Assembly: GCA_045545475.1 (NCBI GenBank)
Contig: JAZQAZ010000024.1
Span: 1-62,749 of the forward strand
Direction: 5' to 3'
Source of the DNA: Clostridia bacterium
GTDB lineage: Bacteria; Bacillota; Clostridia; CAKSNL01; HGM11501
Length of the DNA: 62,749 bases
The translations under genes and the position numbers were made by a program. Positions 29,259 to 41,123 of the stretch are shown piece by piece; positions within the stretch are counted from its first letter, which is position 1, and every line of letters begins with the position of its first letter. The notes beneath the pieces were generated by a model, which ran no database searches, was not told the origin of the DNA, and saw only the letters and a program-made list of their open reading frames with translations.

Positions 29259-30497
29259 ATGAAGACAAGAGCAACTCGTCTTTATGGAGCAAATGATGCA
29301 AGATTGGAAGAATTCGAACTTCGTCCCATAACATCAGGAGAACTTCTTATTAAGATTATTTCAGACAGTGTGTGTATGTCTACACATAAAACAATTATAC
29401 AGGGTAAAAATCATTTAAGAGTTCCTGATAATGTAGCAGAACACCCAATTATGCTCGGCCACGAATTTTGTGCCGAGGTAATTGAAGTCGGCGACAAATG
29501 GAAAAATGAATTTTCTGTTGGCGACAAGGTTGTTATGCCGCCTGTTCTTTCATATCTCGGTGGATACGAAACAGTAGGTTATTCCTTTGAAGAAATTGGC
29601 GGTGTTTCTACCTATTCCATTGTTTATGAGCATATTCTTGATAACAATTTTTTGATTAAGTTAAACAGCAACTCTTATTTCAATGGTTCACTTATCGAAC
29701 CTGCATCTTGTGTTATAAGAGGATACAAAGCAAGTTTACACCTTGACGAAAACTACAATCCTGTTACTGGCATTAAGTCCGGCGGAAAGGTTGCCATTCT
29801 TGCCGGATGCGGTCCTATGGGACTTGTTGCTATTGATATTGCTCTTCACGGAGATGTCAAGCCCTCTATGGTGGTGGTAACAGATCTTGACCAGTCAAGA
29901 CTTGACCGCGCCGCATCTATCTTCTCTGCGGAAAAGGCAAAGGAAGATGGAATTGAGCTTGTGTTTGCCAACACTTCTGACAAAGATATACTTATGGATA
30001 TTTCAGGTGGCAAAGGCTTTGACGACGTATTTGTATATGCCCCTGTTCCTGCAGTTGTTGAGCTTGGTGATGCTATTTTAGGTTTTGACGGTTCTCTTAA
30101 CTTCTTTGCAGGTCCGTTGGATAAGAAATTCAGTGCTAATTTTAATTTCTACAATGTTCACTATGCTCAGCACCATGTAACTGGAACAAGTGGAAGTACG
30201 CCGGAGGATATGAAAGACATCGTAAAACTTATCGGTGAAAACCGCCTTGACCCATCTGTTATGATAACTCATATCGGTGGTATTGATGCCGCAATTGACA
30301 CAACTGTAAATCTTCCAAACATCCCCGGCGGAAAGAAACTGATTTACACACATATTGAGCTTCCTCTTACCGCACTTACTGAGTTTGAAAAGCTTGGCGA
30401 AACTGATGAGAGATTTAAAGTTCTTGATGAGCTTGTAAAAGCAAACAATGGTTTGTGGAATACGATGGCAGAAAAATATCTGTTGGAAAATTTCTAA
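29259..30497 (+). CDS. Zn-binding dehydrogenase, L-sorbose-1-phosphate reductase (SorE)-like
   Basis: DSVCMSTHK, GHEF, AGCGPMG, FNFYNVHY, THIGGI, IPGGKKLIYT. Confidence 0.85.
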   Translation: MKTRATRLYGANDARLEEFELRPITSGELLIKIISDSVCMSTHKTIIQGKNHLRVPDNVAEHPIMLGHEFCAEVIEVGDKWKNEFSVGDKVVMPPVLSYLGGYETVGYSFEEIGGVSTYSIVYEHILDNNFLIKLNSNSYFNGSLIEPASCVIRGYKASLHLDENYNPVTGIKSGGKVAILAGCGPMGLVAIDIALHGDVKPSMVVVTDLDQSRLDRAASIFSAEKAKEDGIELVFANTSDKDILMDISGGKGFDDVFVYAPVPAVVELGDAILGFDGSLNFFAGPLDKKFSANFNFYNVHYAQHHVTGTSGSTPEDMKDIVKLIGENRLDPSVMITHIGGIDAAIDTTVNLPNIPGGKKLIYTHIELPLTALTEFEKLGETDERFKVLDELVKANNGLWNTMAEKYLLENF

Positions 30498-30537
30498 TAT
30501 TCTTTTTAGTTTATTAAAATACATTGGAGCGAATGAT

Positions 30538-32097
30538 ATGAGCAATGTTGGATATGTTTTAGGTATTGATTTAGGAACCGGTGGTGCAAGGGTTGGCATT
30601 TTCGATTTAAAAGGGATTCCGGTTGTTTTTTGTAGCGAAAAAGTCTCACTTTACACCCCTGCCTCCGGTCGTGCAGAGCAGGACGCCAATGAATGGTGGG
30701 AAGCAATATGCAAAGCTTCCAAAAAAGCTATTGAAACAAGCAATATTGACCCATCGAGTATCAAAGGAATGAGTCTTGATACAACTTGTTGCACTGTCTT
30801 ACTTTCCGGAGATGATATGGAGCCATTGCGAAATGCAATTATGTGGATGGATGTCCGGGCTTCAGAGCAAGCCAAGAGAATTTACCAATCCGGTCACGAT
30901 GCGCTCAAATATAACGGCTATGGGATGGTCTCTGCTGAATGTTTGCCAGCCAAAGCACTCTGGATAAAAGAAAACGAACCCGAATTATGGAACAAAGCAA
31001 CAAGATTTTATGAATGTGCAGATTGGTTAATTTATAAACTTACCGGACAATATACCGCCAGCATTAACTGTGCTTCTGCACGTTGGTATTATAACTCCGA
31101 AGAGGGCGGTTATCCTATCGATTTTTATGAAAAAATCGGATTGGGAGATCTGGCCCAGAAGCTTCCGTCCCGGGTTTTACCTATGGGAGAGTTTGTCGGT
31201 GGACTTACAGCACAAGCGGCAAAGGAACTCGGGTTAAAGGAGAGCACACCTGTCGGTGAAGGTGGTGCAGATGCATTTGTAGGCGTGATAGGTTTAAATG
31301 CTGTGCAACCGGGGAAACTGGCATTAATTACAGGCTCATCTCACCTACACATTACTCAAGTGGCAGAAGAAATTCACAACAAGGGAATCTGGGGCTCTTA
31401 TCCTGATTGCATAGTTAATGGATTGCAAATGGTAGAAGGCGGTCAAACATCCACCGGTTCAATTATAGAATGGTTTGTTAACAATCTTTGCGGAACAGTG
31501 AAAGAAAAAGCCGCTAAACAAGGTAAATCTGTTTACGATTTATTAAATGAAGAAGCAGAAAAATTGCCTATTGGCGCTGATGGATTGGTTTCTCTTGATT
31601 TCTTCCAGGGAAACAGAACGCCTTATGTGGATCCTGATGTAAGGGGAATGTTTTATGGTCTCTCTCTAAATCATACACCGGCACATATGTACAGGGCCAT
31701 TATCGAGAGCATTTGTTACGGAACGGAAGCTATTATTGAGGTGTTTCGTCAAGCCAATTTCGACCTTCACGAGATAGTTATATCAGGCGGAGCAGTAAAG
31801 AGCCGTTTTTGGATGCAAGTACACGCAGATGTAAGCAATGTTCCGATTATTGTTCCACAAGTGACAGAAGGTCCTTGTCTGGGCTCTGCAATTTTAGGTG
31901 CCGTTGCCGGCGGCGTTTATCCGGATATTCAAACAGCTGCCGAAAATATGACTTCTGTTGATTATGTGATAGAGCCAGATGCCGAACAGCATGAGCAATA
32001 CCTCTTCTACCATGAAAAATATAAACAGTTTTATGCATTGGCAAAAGACTGGATGCATCAAGTAACTTCATATAACACAAAAAACAATGGAAGGTGA
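30538..32097 (+). CDS. FGGY-family carbohydrate kinase (ribulokinase-like)
   Basis: GIDLGTGG, MWMDVRA, EGGADA, FQGNRTP, SGGAVKS. Confidence 0.92.
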   Translation: MSNVGYVLGIDLGTGGARVGIFDLKGIPVVFCSEKVSLYTPASGRAEQDANEWWEAICKASKKAIETSNIDPSSIKGMSLDTTCCTVLLSGDDMEPLRNAIMWMDVRASEQAKRIYQSGHDALKYNGYGMVSAECLPAKALWIKENEPELWNKATRFYECADWLIYKLTGQYTASINCASARWYYNSEEGGYPIDFYEKIGLGDLAQKLPSRVLPMGEFVGGLTAQAAKELGLKESTPVGEGGADAFVGVIGLNAVQPGKLALITGSSHLHITQVAEEIHNKGIWGSYPDCIVNGLQMVEGGQTSTGSIIEWFVNNLCGTVKEKAAKQGKSVYDLLNEEAEKLPIGADGLVSLDFFQGNRTPYVDPDVRGMFYGLSLNHTPAHMYRAIIESICYGTEAIIEVFRQANFDLHEIVISGGAVKSRFWMQVHADVSNVPIIVPQVTEGPCLGSAILGAVAGGVYPDIQTAAENMTSVDYVIEPDAEQHEQYLFYHEKYKQFYALAKDWMHQVTSYNTKNNGR

Positions 32098-32717
32098 TAC
32101 ACTTGAAAAAAGTACTGATAACAGGCGGAAATGGAGACATTGCGAAGTCAATCAAGACTCTTCTTGAATCAAAAGGCTACGATGTTTATGCACCATCCCG
32201 CCACGAAATGGATGTAACTGATTGGAACAGTATCGAAAAAAATATGAAAGAATTTATTCCCGATATATTGATAAATAATGCGGGATATGTCGTTCCCTGT
32301 TCCATTAAAGAGGCTAATTTGGAAAACGCAAAAAAACACATTGATATAAATTTATCCGGTGCATTTTACTGTGCACAGTTGGGGTTAAAATATAACCCCA
32401 ACCTTGAAATTATCAACGTCGGTTCCGCTGCTGCTATAGAAACCCACGCTACCTGGAGCGAATATTGCGCAACCAAAGCCGCGGTTGTTATGGCGACAAA
32501 ATGCTGGGCGGAAGATGGAATCTTTTCTGTTTGTATTTCCCCCGGAAGAACAAAAACAAAAATGAGAAAAAGCTTATATCCCGACGAGGATCAAAGCACA
32601 TTGCTGGATCCGGACGATTTCGCTAAAGTTGTGTATAATGCCGTTATACACAAGTACCCATCCGGAACTCATATTGTTGTCAGAAAACAAAATGTGATGG
32701 ATATCCTTTCAGAATAA
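32094..32717 (+). CDS. Short-chain dehydrogenase/reductase
   Basis: TGGNGDIA, NNAG, YCATK. Confidence 0.9.
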   Translation: MIHLKKVLITGGNGDIAKSIKTLLESKGYDVYAPSRHEMDVTDWNSIEKNMKEFIPDILINNAGYVVPCSIKEANLENAKKHIDINLSGAFYCAQLGLKYNPNLEIINVGSAAAIETHATWSEYCATKAAVVMATKCWAEDGIFSVCISPGRTKTKMRKSLYPDEDQSTLLDPDDFAKVVYNAVIHKYPSGTHIVVRKQNVMDILSE

Positions 32718-32756
32718 AAGAAATCTTCACTTGTCTGAACCATAAATAATTACATT

Positions 32757-32798
32757 AGCAAAACCGCCGATTGATTACAACCAATCGGCGGTTTTGCT
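32757..32798 (+). terminator. Terminator hairpin of the sugar operon
   Basis: agcaaaaccgccgattg...caatcggcggttttgct. Confidence 0.8.
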
Positions 32799-32908
32799 GT
32801 AGCTATTAAAACAACAATAAATCTTCCCTACATTTCTAATTGCTCGTGTCAAGTCAGGACAAAAACATATCATAAATCCATTCTACCACAAAAGCCTTTT
32901 CAATACAA

Positions 32909-32943
32909 GAAAAATCCGTGTGGCAAAAGCCACACGGATTTTT
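32909..32943 (-). terminator. rpoC terminator
   Basis: aaaaatccgtgtggc-aaaa-gccacacggattttt. Confidence 0.88.
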
Positions 32944-32945
32944 AA

Positions 32946-35900
32946 TTATGCGAAGTAGTTAATGTCGCTCATCTCGATGGGGTGTTCAAGCTCGATATTC
33001 TGATAAATATCAACGCCTGTACCTGCGGGGATAAGCTTACCGATAATAACGTTTTCTTTAAGACCAAGTAAGGGATCGCTCTTACCCTTGATTGCAGCTT
33101 CGGTGAGAACTCTTGTTGTCTCCTGGAAGGATGCAGCGGAAAGGAACGAATCTGTAGCAAGAGCCGCCTTGGTGATACCAAGAAGGACATCCTTACATAC
33201 GGGAGGATTGGTTCCGTCTTTTTCTGCTGCTTCACAAGCAAGGATATAATCAAGTCTCTCAACCATGGAGCCTACTAACCAGCCGGTATCTCCTGCTTCC
33301 TCAACACGCATCTTCTTCATCATCTGACGAACAATAACTTCAACGTGCTTATCGGAAATTTCAACACCCTGCTGACGGTAAACTCTCTGAACTTCCTGAA
33401 TCATATAGCAATGAACAGCGTCCTTGCCCTTGATACGAAGTATGTCACCGGGGTTAACGGGACCCTTTGTAAGAGCATCGCCTGCTTTAACCTCGTCTCC
33501 GTCCTTAACCTTGAGTTCAACGCCGTAGCGGATTGTATAGGTCTCACTCTCGCCTGTTTCATTATTTGTAATAATAGCTTCTCTCTTCTGCTTGGTTTCG
33601 CTGATCTTAACAGTACCGTCGATTTCGGTAATTGTTGCAAGTCCCTTGGGCTTTCTTGCTTCGAAAAGTTCTTCGATTCTGGGAAGACCCTGTGTGATGT
33701 CGTTTGACGCAACACCACCGGAGTGGAATGTTCTCATTGTAAGCTGTGTACCGGGTTCACCGATAGACTGAGCAGCAATGATACCAACTGCTTCACCGAT
33801 GTTAACGGGTGCACTTGTTGCAAGGTTTTCACCGTAGCACTTAGCACATACACCGATTCTTGCACGGCAGGTAAGAACTGAACGAACCTTAACTTCGGGG
33901 ATTTCAGCATTTTCAATTGCATTTGCAACATCGTCTGTCATAATTACGTTCTTCTTAGCAAGAATTTCGCCTGTAGCGGGATCTACAACGTCCTCTGTGG
34001 GAACTCTGCCGGAAAGACGTGAAGAAATGGATTCTATCATCTCGTTTCCGTCCTTGATGGAAGAAACTGTAATTCCGCCAACTGTTCCGCAGTCTTCTTC
34101 TCTTATGATAACATCCTGGCTGACATCAACAAGACGACGAGTAAGGTAACCGGAGTCAGCTGTCTTAAGAGCTGTATCGGTAAGACCTTTTCTTGCACCG
34201 TGTGAAGAAATGAAGTACTCAAGGATATTAAGACCTTCACGGAAGTTTGCACGGATGGGAATTTCAACCGTACGTCCCTGTGTATCCGCCATAAGTCCAC
34301 GCATACCTGCAAGCTGTCTGATCTGATTCTTACTACCACGGGCTCCGGAATCAGCCATCATGAACAGTGAGTTGTAGGGATCCAAGTTATCCATAAGTGC
34401 TTTTGTAATCTTCTCGTTTGCCTCTTCCCAAGCCTTGATAACGTGTCTGTAACGTTCTTCATCGGAAAGCTGACCCATCTTGAAGAGCATTTCAATTTTA
34501 TCAACCTGAGCTTCTGCTTCAGCAAGATATTCCTTCTTCTTCTCGGGAACAACCATATCTGCAACAGAGATTGAAATTGAACCGATTGTGGAATAGTGAT
34601 ATCCCATTGCCTTAAGATCATCAAGCACAACTGCTGTCTTTGATGCTCCGTGCTTCTTTATGCACTTATTGATAATCTTTCCGAGACCGCTCTTTCCTGT
34701 AAGAGTAACGATTTCATACTTAATTGCATCTGTCAAAATTTCTGCAATTTCAGCTTCAAGTGCAGCAGCATCAGAGTTTGCAAAGTCAACTATGGGAGCT
34801 TTTCTCTTTACAAAGCCAAGGTCCTGAGGAACCTTTTCGTTGAAGATAATTCTTCCGATTGTAGCATCAGTAAAGCCTTCTGCCACATAGGTTTTCTCTT
34901 CGCCTGTATTCTTATCTTTAATTACCACGTCCATTACACGCTTAACCTTGATGGGTGCATGCATCTGGAGATCACCGTTTTCATATGCCAGCATAGCCTC
35001 TGTGGGGCTTGCAAAATACTTACCTGCTCCAAGCTCATCAGCACGCTCCATGGTAAGGTAGTATGAACCAAGAACCATGTCCTGTGTGGGAACTGTAACG
35101 GGCTTTCCGTCCTGAGGCTTCAAAAGGTTGTTTGCAGAAAGCATTAAGAATCTTGCCTCTGCCTGAGCCTCGGGAGAAAGAGGTACGTGAACAGCCATCT
35201 GGTCACCGTCGAAGTCGGCGTTAAATGCTGTACAAGCAAGAGGATGAAGCTTAATAGCTCTTCCCTCTACCAAGATGGGTTCAAATGCCTGAATACCAAG
35301 TCTGTGAAGTGTAGGAGCACGGTTAAGAAGCACAGGATGCTCTTTAATAACTGTTTCGAGTATATCCCATACCTCAGGCTTAACACGTTCTACCATTCTC
35401 TTCGCACTCTTAATATTGTGAGCAATACCCTCATCAACGAGGTTCTTCATTACGAAGGGTTTGAAAAGTTCTATAGCCATTTCCTTGGGAAGACCGCACT
35501 GATAAATCTTAAGTTCGGGACCAACAACGATAACCGAACGTCCGGAATAGTCAACACGCTTACCAAGAAGGTTCTGTCTGAAACGTCCCTGCTTACCCTT
35601 AAGCATATCGGAAAGAGACTTAAGTGCTCTGTTACCGGGGCCTGTTACAGGTCTTCCGCGACGGCCGTTGTCAATCAGTGCGTCAACAGCTTCCTGGAGC
35701 ATTCTCTTTTCGTTTCTTACGATAATTTCGGGTGCCTTAAGCTCTAAGAGTCTCTTAAGACGGTTGTTTCTGTTTATAACTCTTCTGTACAAGTCATTCA
35801 AGTCACTTGTTGCAAATCTTCCGCCGTCCAGCTGAATCATAGGACGGATTTCAGGAGGAATTACAGGAAGAACAGTCATAATCATCCAGGAAGGAGAATT

Positions 35901-36722
35901 CATGTAAACTGTAACTTCTGTGATTCCGTTTTCGCAAAGCTCATTGATTTCGTCCTGATTAAGAACATAGTTATAAGGATAAACTGCACCTGTAACTTCG
36001 TCTTTTACAGCCTTTGCAAGAGGACGGCCGCCAAGGCTTACTCCGGGAGTAAGTGTAGCAGTTTCAGTCTGGCGGAAAGCTTCGATTACTTCAAGTCTCT
36101 TAACTATTCTCGCCTTTTTCTGTCCCTGTGCTCCCTCAAGCTCTTCATGAAGCTCTGCGGAAAGCTGTTCAATATCAATGTCCTCTAAAAGTTCCTTGAT
36201 AGTTTCTGCTCCCATACCTGCTTTGAAAGCATCACCGTACTTTTCACGATTTTCGTGGTATTCCTTTTCACTTAAGCACTGATACTTTTCAAGCTCGGTT
36301 CTGCCGGGATCAACAACCATGTATGCTGCAAAATAGAGTACCTTTTCAAGGAGTCTGGGAGATACGTCAAGGAAAAGACCTATTCTTGAAGGAATTCCCT
36401 TGAAGTACCAGATGTGGGATACGGGAGCCGCAAGTTCAATGTGGCCCATTCTCTCACGTCTTACCTTTGCCTTTGTAACTTCTACGCCGCATCGGTCGCA
36501 GACAATACCCTTATAGCGAACTCTCTTATATTTACCGCAGGCACACTCCCAGTCCTTCTGAGGACCGAAGATTTTTTCACAGTATAAACCGTCACGCTCT
36601 GCCTTAAGAGTTCTGTAGTTTATTGTTTCAGGCTTTTTAACCTCGCCATGGGACCAAGCGCGAATCTTCTCCGGCGATGCCAGACCGATTTTTATTGAAT
36701 TAAATGTGTTAAATTCTACCAT
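32946..36722 (-). CDS. rpoC: DNA-directed RNA polymerase beta' subunit
   Basis: [32 protein letters not shown]. Confidence 0.99.
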   Translation of the reverse strand: MVEFNTFNSIKIGLASPEKIRAWSHGEVKKPETINYRTLKAERDGLYCEKIFGPQKDWECACGKYKRVRYKGIVCDRCGVEVTKAKVRRERMGHIELAAPVSHIWYFKGIPSRIGLFLDVSPRLLEKVLYFAAYMVVDPGRTELEKYQCLSEKEYHENREKYGDAFKAGMGAETIKELLEDIDIEQLSAELHEELEGAQGQKKARIVKRLEVIEAFRQTETATLTPGVSLGGRPLAKAVKDEVTGAVYPYNYVLNQDEINELCENGITEVTVYMNSPSWMIMTVLPVIPPEIRPMIQLDGGRFATSDLNDLYRRVINRNNRLKRLLELKAPEIIVRNEKRMLQEAVDALIDNGRRGRPVTGPGNRALKSLSDMLKGKQGRFRQNLLGKRVDYSGRSVIVVGPELKIYQCGLPKEMAIELFKPFVMKNLVDEGIAHNIKSAKRMVERVKPEVWDILETVIKEHPVLLNRAPTLHRLGIQAFEPILVEGRAIKLHPLACTAFNADFDGDQMAVHVPLSPEAQAEARFLMLSANNLLKPQDGKPVTVPTQDMVLGSYYLTMERADELGAGKYFASPTEAMLAYENGDLQMHAPIKVKRVMDVVIKDKNTGEEKTYVAEGFTDATIGRIIFNEKVPQDLGFVKRKAPIVDFANSDAAALEAEIAEILTDAIKYEIVTLTGKSGLGKIINKCIKKHGASKTAVVLDDLKAMGYHYSTIGSISISVADMVVPEKKKEYLAEAEAQVDKIEMLFKMGQLSDEERYRHVIKAWEEANEKITKALMDNLDPYNSLFMMADSGARGSKNQIRQLAGMRGLMADTQGRTVEIPIRANFREGLNILEYFISSHGARKGLTDTALKTADSGYLTRRLVDVSQDVIIREEDCGTVGGITVSSIKDGNEMIESISSRLSGRVPTEDVVDPATGEILAKKNVIMTDDVANAIENAEIPEVKVRSVLTCRARIGVCAKCYGENLATSAPVNIGEAVGIIAAQSIGEPGTQLTMRTFHSGGVASNDITQGLPRIEELFEARKPKGLATITEIDGTVKISETKQKREAIITNNETGESETYTIRYGVELKVKDGDEVKAGDALTKGPVNPGDILRIKGKDAVHCYMIQEVQRVYRQQGVEISDKHVEVIVRQMMKKMRVEEAGDTGWLVGSMVERLDYILACEAAEKDGTNPPVCKDVLLGITKAALATDSFLSAASFQETTRVLTEAAIKGKSDPLLGLKENVIIGKLIPAGTGVDIYQNIELEHPIEMSDINYFA

Positions 36723-36740
36723 AATCTTTTGGCCCCTTTC

Positions 36741-39700
36741 TTACATAAAATCGTCTTCGATGTTATCTTCCGCAAACTGTTCTTCGTTTTCTTCAAACTC
36801 GGAAAGAATATCATCATCCATCAAAGCATCATCTACATCTTCGTCTTCCGAATCAAAAATGCTTTCGCTTCCTTCTTCGGGCACGAAGCCTGCTTCTTCT
36901 CTTCTGTCGTCTACCATATTACGCTTGAATTCTTCAAGTGTATCCTGTGAAGGATCATCGTAATCGTCAGCATCGGTATCCTTAAGTTCAATTTCTTCAC
37001 CGGAATTGCCCACAACTTTGATGTCCATACCAAGGCTCTGCATTTCCTTAATGAGTACCTTAAAGGACTCGGGAATACCGGGCTTGGGAATGTTTTCTCC
37101 CTTAACGATGGATTCGTAAGTCTTAACACGTCCTACGATATCGTCAGACTTAACGGTAAGTATTTCCTGAAGAGTATATGCTGCACCGTAAGCCTCAAGT
37201 GCCCAAACTTCCATTTCACCGAATCTCTGTCCACCAAACTGAGCTTTACCACCCAGAGGCTGCTGAGTAACGAGAGAGTAAGGTCCTGTGGAACGTGCGT
37301 GCATCTTGTCATCAACAAGGTGTAAGAGTTTTAAGAAGTAGATATAACCAACAGTTACAGGGTTATCGAAGGGACGACCTGTTCTACCGTCATAAAGTGT
37401 AGTCTTACCGTTTTCATTGCAACCTGCCTCTTTAAGAAGCTTTGCAATATCTTCCTCGCTTGCACCGTCGAATACAGGTGTAGCAATCTTTACACCGAAC
37501 TTGCTTGCCGCCATACCGAGGTGTACTTCCAGCACCTGTCCGATGTTCATTCGTGAGGGAACGCCCAGGGGGTTAAGAACGATTTCAAGAGGTGTACCGT
37601 CTGCAAGATAAGGCATATCCTCCTCGGGAAGAATTCTTGAAACGACACCCTTGTTACCGTGACGACCTGCCATCTTATCGCCGACAGAAATCTTTCTCTT
37701 CTGTGCGATGTAGCATCTTACGAGTTTGTTAACTCCGGGAGGCATGTCGTGGGGTTTTACTCTTGTAAATACCTTAACGTCAACGATGATACCGCATTCA
37801 CCGTGAGGTACACGAAGGGATGTATCTCTTACTTCTCTGGACTTTTCACCGAAGATTGCACGGAGAAGTCTTTCCTCGGGAGTAAGCTCTGTTTCACCCT
37901 TAGGGGTAACCTTACCAACTAAGATATCCCCTGCTCTTACCTCGGCACCAACTCTTATGATACCTCTTTCATCAAGGTATTTAAGAGCATCTTCGCCGAC
38001 ATTGGGAATATCATATGTGATTTCTTCGGGACCGAGCTTTGTGTCTCTGGCCTCGGATTCGTATTCTTCAATATGAATTGTTGTATAAATATCTTCTCTT
38101 ACAAGTCTTTCGTTAAGAAGTACGGCGTCCTCGTAGTTGTAACCTTCCCATGTCATAAAGCCGATAAGCATATTACGGCCAAGTGCAAGTTCACCCTGAC
38201 TTATAGCGGGACCGTCACAGATTACGTCGCCTTTCTTAACCCTGTCGCCACAGTTTACAATAGGCTTCTGATTGAAGCATGTACCCTGGTTTGAACGTGT
38301 GAACTTAACAAGCTTATGCTCTTCAAGCTCACCGTCATCGGTACGGATTCCGATGTAGTCAGCGGAAACCTTTTCGATGACACCGTCATTCTTAGCAAGC
38401 TGAACAACACCTGCGTCACGAGCCGCTTTATATTCCATACCTGTTCCTACGATGGGAGAATCAGTACGGAGAAGCGGTACTGCCTGACGCTGCATGTTAG
38501 AACCCATCAGTGCACGGTTTGCGTCGTCGTTTTCAAGGAAGGGAATCATGGCAGTAGCAACGGAAATGAGCTGCTTGGGCGATACGTCCATGTAGTCTAT
38601 CTTAGCCGCTTCAATTTCCATGATCTGGTCACGGTAACGTGCCGCAACCTTCTTGTCAACAAACTTATTGTTTTCGTCGATAGGCTCATTTGCCTGTGCA
38701 ACAATATATTCATCTTCCGTGTCTGCTGTCATGTATTCGATTTCATCGGTAATTATGCCCTCGCCCTTTATAACCTTACGGTAGGGTGCTTCGATGAAAC
38801 CGTACTCATTAACTCTTGCATAGATGGAAAGAGAGTTGATAAGACCGATATTGGGACCTTCAGGAGTCTCAATGGGACACATTCTGCCGTAGTGAGTGTA
38901 ATGAACGTCTCGAACCTGGAAGCCCGCTCTGTCTCTTGAAAGACCGCCGGGACCAAGGGCAGAAAGTCTTCTCTTATGAGTAAGCTCAGAAAGAGGGTTA
39001 TTCTGGTCCATGAACTGCGAAAGCTGTGATGAACCGAAGAATTCCTTTATTGTAGCAACAACGGGACGAATATTTACAAGGCTCTGGGGTGTAGCGGAAT
39101 CAAGCTCCTGAATGGACATTCTTTCTCTTACGCCACGTTCCATTCTGGCAAGACCCATGCGGAACTGATTCTGCAAAAGTTCACCTACGCAACGAAGTCT
39201 TCTGTTACCTAAGTGGTCAATATCGTCAACGCTTCCGATTTCATTTATTAAGTTAGCAGCATAATTGATGGATGCAAAGATATCATTAATTGTAACGTGC
39301 TTGGGAATAAGCTCGTCATGACGGGAAACGAGTGCTTCTTTTATAGCTTCTTCGTTTGCACTGTTTTCGATTATGTCCATAAGAACTTCACGAACAACCT
39401 TTTCGGTTATACCGAATTCCTTGGGATCGAAAGAAAGATACTTCTCAGCATGAACCATGTCATTAGAGAATACCTTTACGGGAGATGCATTTGCTTCAAC
39501 AGCCTTGCTTCCGGGATAAACCATAACAACGTTTACACCTGCATAGTCGATGTTTTTTGCATCTTCCTTGCTTATAACCTTACCTGCTTCAACAATAATT
39601 TCGCCTGTTTCGGGATCAATAATGTTCTCAGCAGCGGTATGTCCTGCTATTCTTCCGATCATCGAAAGCTTCTTATTATATTTGTAACGACCAACCTTTG

Positions 39701-40580
39701 CAAGATCGTATCTCTTGGGATCAAAGAATAAATTGTTGATGAGAGTCTGCGCACTGTCATCTGTAGGAGGCTCGCCGGGACGAAGCTTCTTATAAATTTC
39801 AAACATAGCTTCGCGCTTATTAGCTGTAGGATCTTTTTCCAAAGTGCTTCTGAGTCTTTCATCCTCACCGAACACTTCCATAATTTCAGCTTCTGTATCA
39901 ACACCTAAAGCCTTGATAAGCTGTGTAACAGGAAGCTTTCTTGTTCTGTCGATACGAACATGGAAAACGTCGTTGGAATCTGTTTCATACTCAAGCCATG
40001 CACCGCGGTTGGGAATCATCTGAGAGCTGATTAAAGGCTTACCGTTCTTGTCTCTCTCCTTGGTAAAATAGATACCGGGAGAACGAACAAGCTGAGATAC
40101 GATAACTCTCTCTGCTCCGTTTATAATGAAAGTACCCTGATCGGTCATTAAGGGAAAATCTCCCATGAAGATATCCTGTTCCTTAATTTCACCCGATTCC
40201 AAATTAATGAGTCTTACTCTTACCTTTAATAAAGCGGCATAGTTTGCATCACGCTCTCTGCACTCCTCAATAGAGTACTTAGGCTTATCGTCCAGATGGT
40301 AATCGATAAATTCAAGCATGAGCGTACCGTTATGATCTTTGATGGGAGAAATATCACGGAATACTTCCTTAAGTCCCTCCTCTAAAAACCATTTGTAAGA
40401 GTTTTTCTGCACATCAATAAGGTTAGGCATTTCAAGAACCTCATCGATTTTAGAAAAGCTCAGCCTGGTGGTTTTGCCCATTTTTTCCGGATGCAATGCG
40501 ACGCCTGTTGTCTTTACTTTTTCGCAGATGTCGGTAAAGAACTTTTCGTCTCTTGCACCAAATTCGTTAAACTGTGCCAT
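36741..40580 (-). CDS. rpoB: DNA-directed RNA polymerase beta subunit
   Basis: [30 protein letters not shown]; ATG at 40580 after AAAGGAAGG. Confidence 0.99.
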   Translation of the reverse strand: MAQFNEFGARDEKFFTDICEKVKTTGVALHPEKMGKTTRLSFSKIDEVLEMPNLIDVQKNSYKWFLEEGLKEVFRDISPIKDHNGTLMLEFIDYHLDDKPKYSIEECRERDANYAALLKVRVRLINLESGEIKEQDIFMGDFPLMTDQGTFIINGAERVIVSQLVRSPGIYFTKERDKNGKPLISSQMIPNRGAWLEYETDSNDVFHVRIDRTRKLPVTQLIKALGVDTEAEIMEVFGEDERLRSTLEKDPTANKREAMFEIYKKLRPGEPPTDDSAQTLINNLFFDPKRYDLAKVGRYKYNKKLSMIGRIAGHTAAENIIDPETGEIIVEAGKVISKEDAKNIDYAGVNVVMVYPGSKAVEANASPVKVFSNDMVHAEKYLSFDPKEFGITEKVVREVLMDIIENSANEEAIKEALVSRHDELIPKHVTINDIFASINYAANLINEIGSVDDIDHLGNRRLRCVGELLQNQFRMGLARMERGVRERMSIQELDSATPQSLVNIRPVVATIKEFFGSSQLSQFMDQNNPLSELTHKRRLSALGPGGLSRDRAGFQVRDVHYTHYGRMCPIETPEGPNIGLINSLSIYARVNEYGFIEAPYRKVIKGEGIITDEIEYMTADTEDEYIVAQANEPIDENNKFVDKKVAARYRDQIMEIEAAKIDYMDVSPKQLISVATAMIPFLENDDANRALMGSNMQRQAVPLLRTDSPIVGTGMEYKAARDAGVVQLAKNDGVIEKVSADYIGIRTDDGELEEHKLVKFTRSNQGTCFNQKPIVNCGDRVKKGDVICDGPAISQGELALGRNMLIGFMTWEGYNYEDAVLLNERLVREDIYTTIHIEEYESEARDTKLGPEEITYDIPNVGEDALKYLDERGIIRVGAEVRAGDILVGKVTPKGETELTPEERLLRAIFGEKSREVRDTSLRVPHGECGIIVDVKVFTRVKPHDMPPGVNKLVRCYIAQKRKISVGDKMAGRHGNKGVVSRILPEEDMPYLADGTPLEIVLNPLGVPSRMNIGQVLEVHLGMAASKFGVKIATPVFDGASEEDIAKLLKEAGCNENGKTTLYDGRTGRPFDNPVTVGYIYFLKLLHLVDDKMHARSTGPYSLVTQQPLGGKAQFGGQRFGEMEVWALEAYGAAYTLQEILTVKSDDIVGRVKTYESIVKGENIPKPGIPESFKVLIKEMQSLGMDIKVVGNSGEEIELKDTDADDYDDPSQDTLEEFKRNMVDDRREEAGFVPEEGSESIFDSEDEDVDDALMDDDILSEFEENEEQFAEDNIEDDFM

Positions 40581-40630
40581 ACTGACCTTCCTTTCCAAGC
40601 CTGACGGCTTAAAAAATTGTAAAAAAATCC

Positions 40631-40659
40631 TTGCATTTATGCTGTAAATATGCTATTAT
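40631..40659 (+). promoter_or_regulatory. Antisense sigma-A-like promoter inside the rpoB leader
   Basis: TTGCAT-17 nt-TATTAT with extended -10 TG. Confidence 0.55.
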
Positions 40660-40703
40660 CATACTGCAAGGGCATATTCGACCACAATACAGTATGGAAT
40701 ACA

Positions 40704-40732
40704 ATTATATCAAATTTCACGCTTTAAGTCAA
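40704..40732 (-). promoter_or_regulatory. rpoBC promoter
   Basis: TTGACT-17 nt-TATAAT with extended -10 TG on the minus strand. Confidence 0.8.
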
Positions 40733-40804
40733 GAGCTGAAACGCATTTTTTTGGTAAAAATATACACAAATTCCTTTTAATTTTAAGGAATTTTTTCTAT
40801 ATCC

Positions 40805-40830
40805 GATATTTAGCCAAAAGGCTAAATATC
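40805..40830. promoter_or_regulatory. ArsR-type autorepressor operator
   Basis: Perfect palindrome gatatttagcc-aaaa-ggctaaatatc just upstream of the ArsR RBS. Confidence 0.75.
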
Positions 40831-40844
40831 CAAGAGGTGAGTAT

Positions 40845-41123
40845 ATGGATGATAAAATTTTCAAGGCACTTGCAGATCCGGTAAGAAGAAGGATAGTAGA
40901 GCTTTTGGCCGTACGGGATATGTCTGCCGGGGATATCGCATCAAAGTTCGACATAACAGCCCCCTCCATAAGCCGACATCTGTCACTTTTAAAAAGTGCA
41001 GGTATCATCACAGACAAACGTATCGGGCAGAGAATAATTTATTCTTTTAATCCGCTCCCCCTTCAGGAAATCCTTCAGTGGATTTATGAAAACCTGGGAA
41101 ACGTATGGGTAAAAAAACAGTAA
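40845..41123 (+). CDS. ArsR/SmtB (SdpR-like) transcriptional regulator
   Basis: FKALADPVRRRI, AGDIA, SISRHLSLLK, GQRIIYS. Confidence 0.92.
   Translation: MDDKIFKALADPVRRRIVELLAVRDMSAGDIASKFDITAPSISRHLSLLKSAGIITDKRIGQRIIYSFNPLPLQEILQWIYENLGNVWVKKQ

Noticed and set aside
32969-39904. Many antisense and alternate-frame ORFs within rpoBC (likewise within polC and ispG)
   Set aside because: Shadow ORFs expected from codon bias; no RBS or protein motifs
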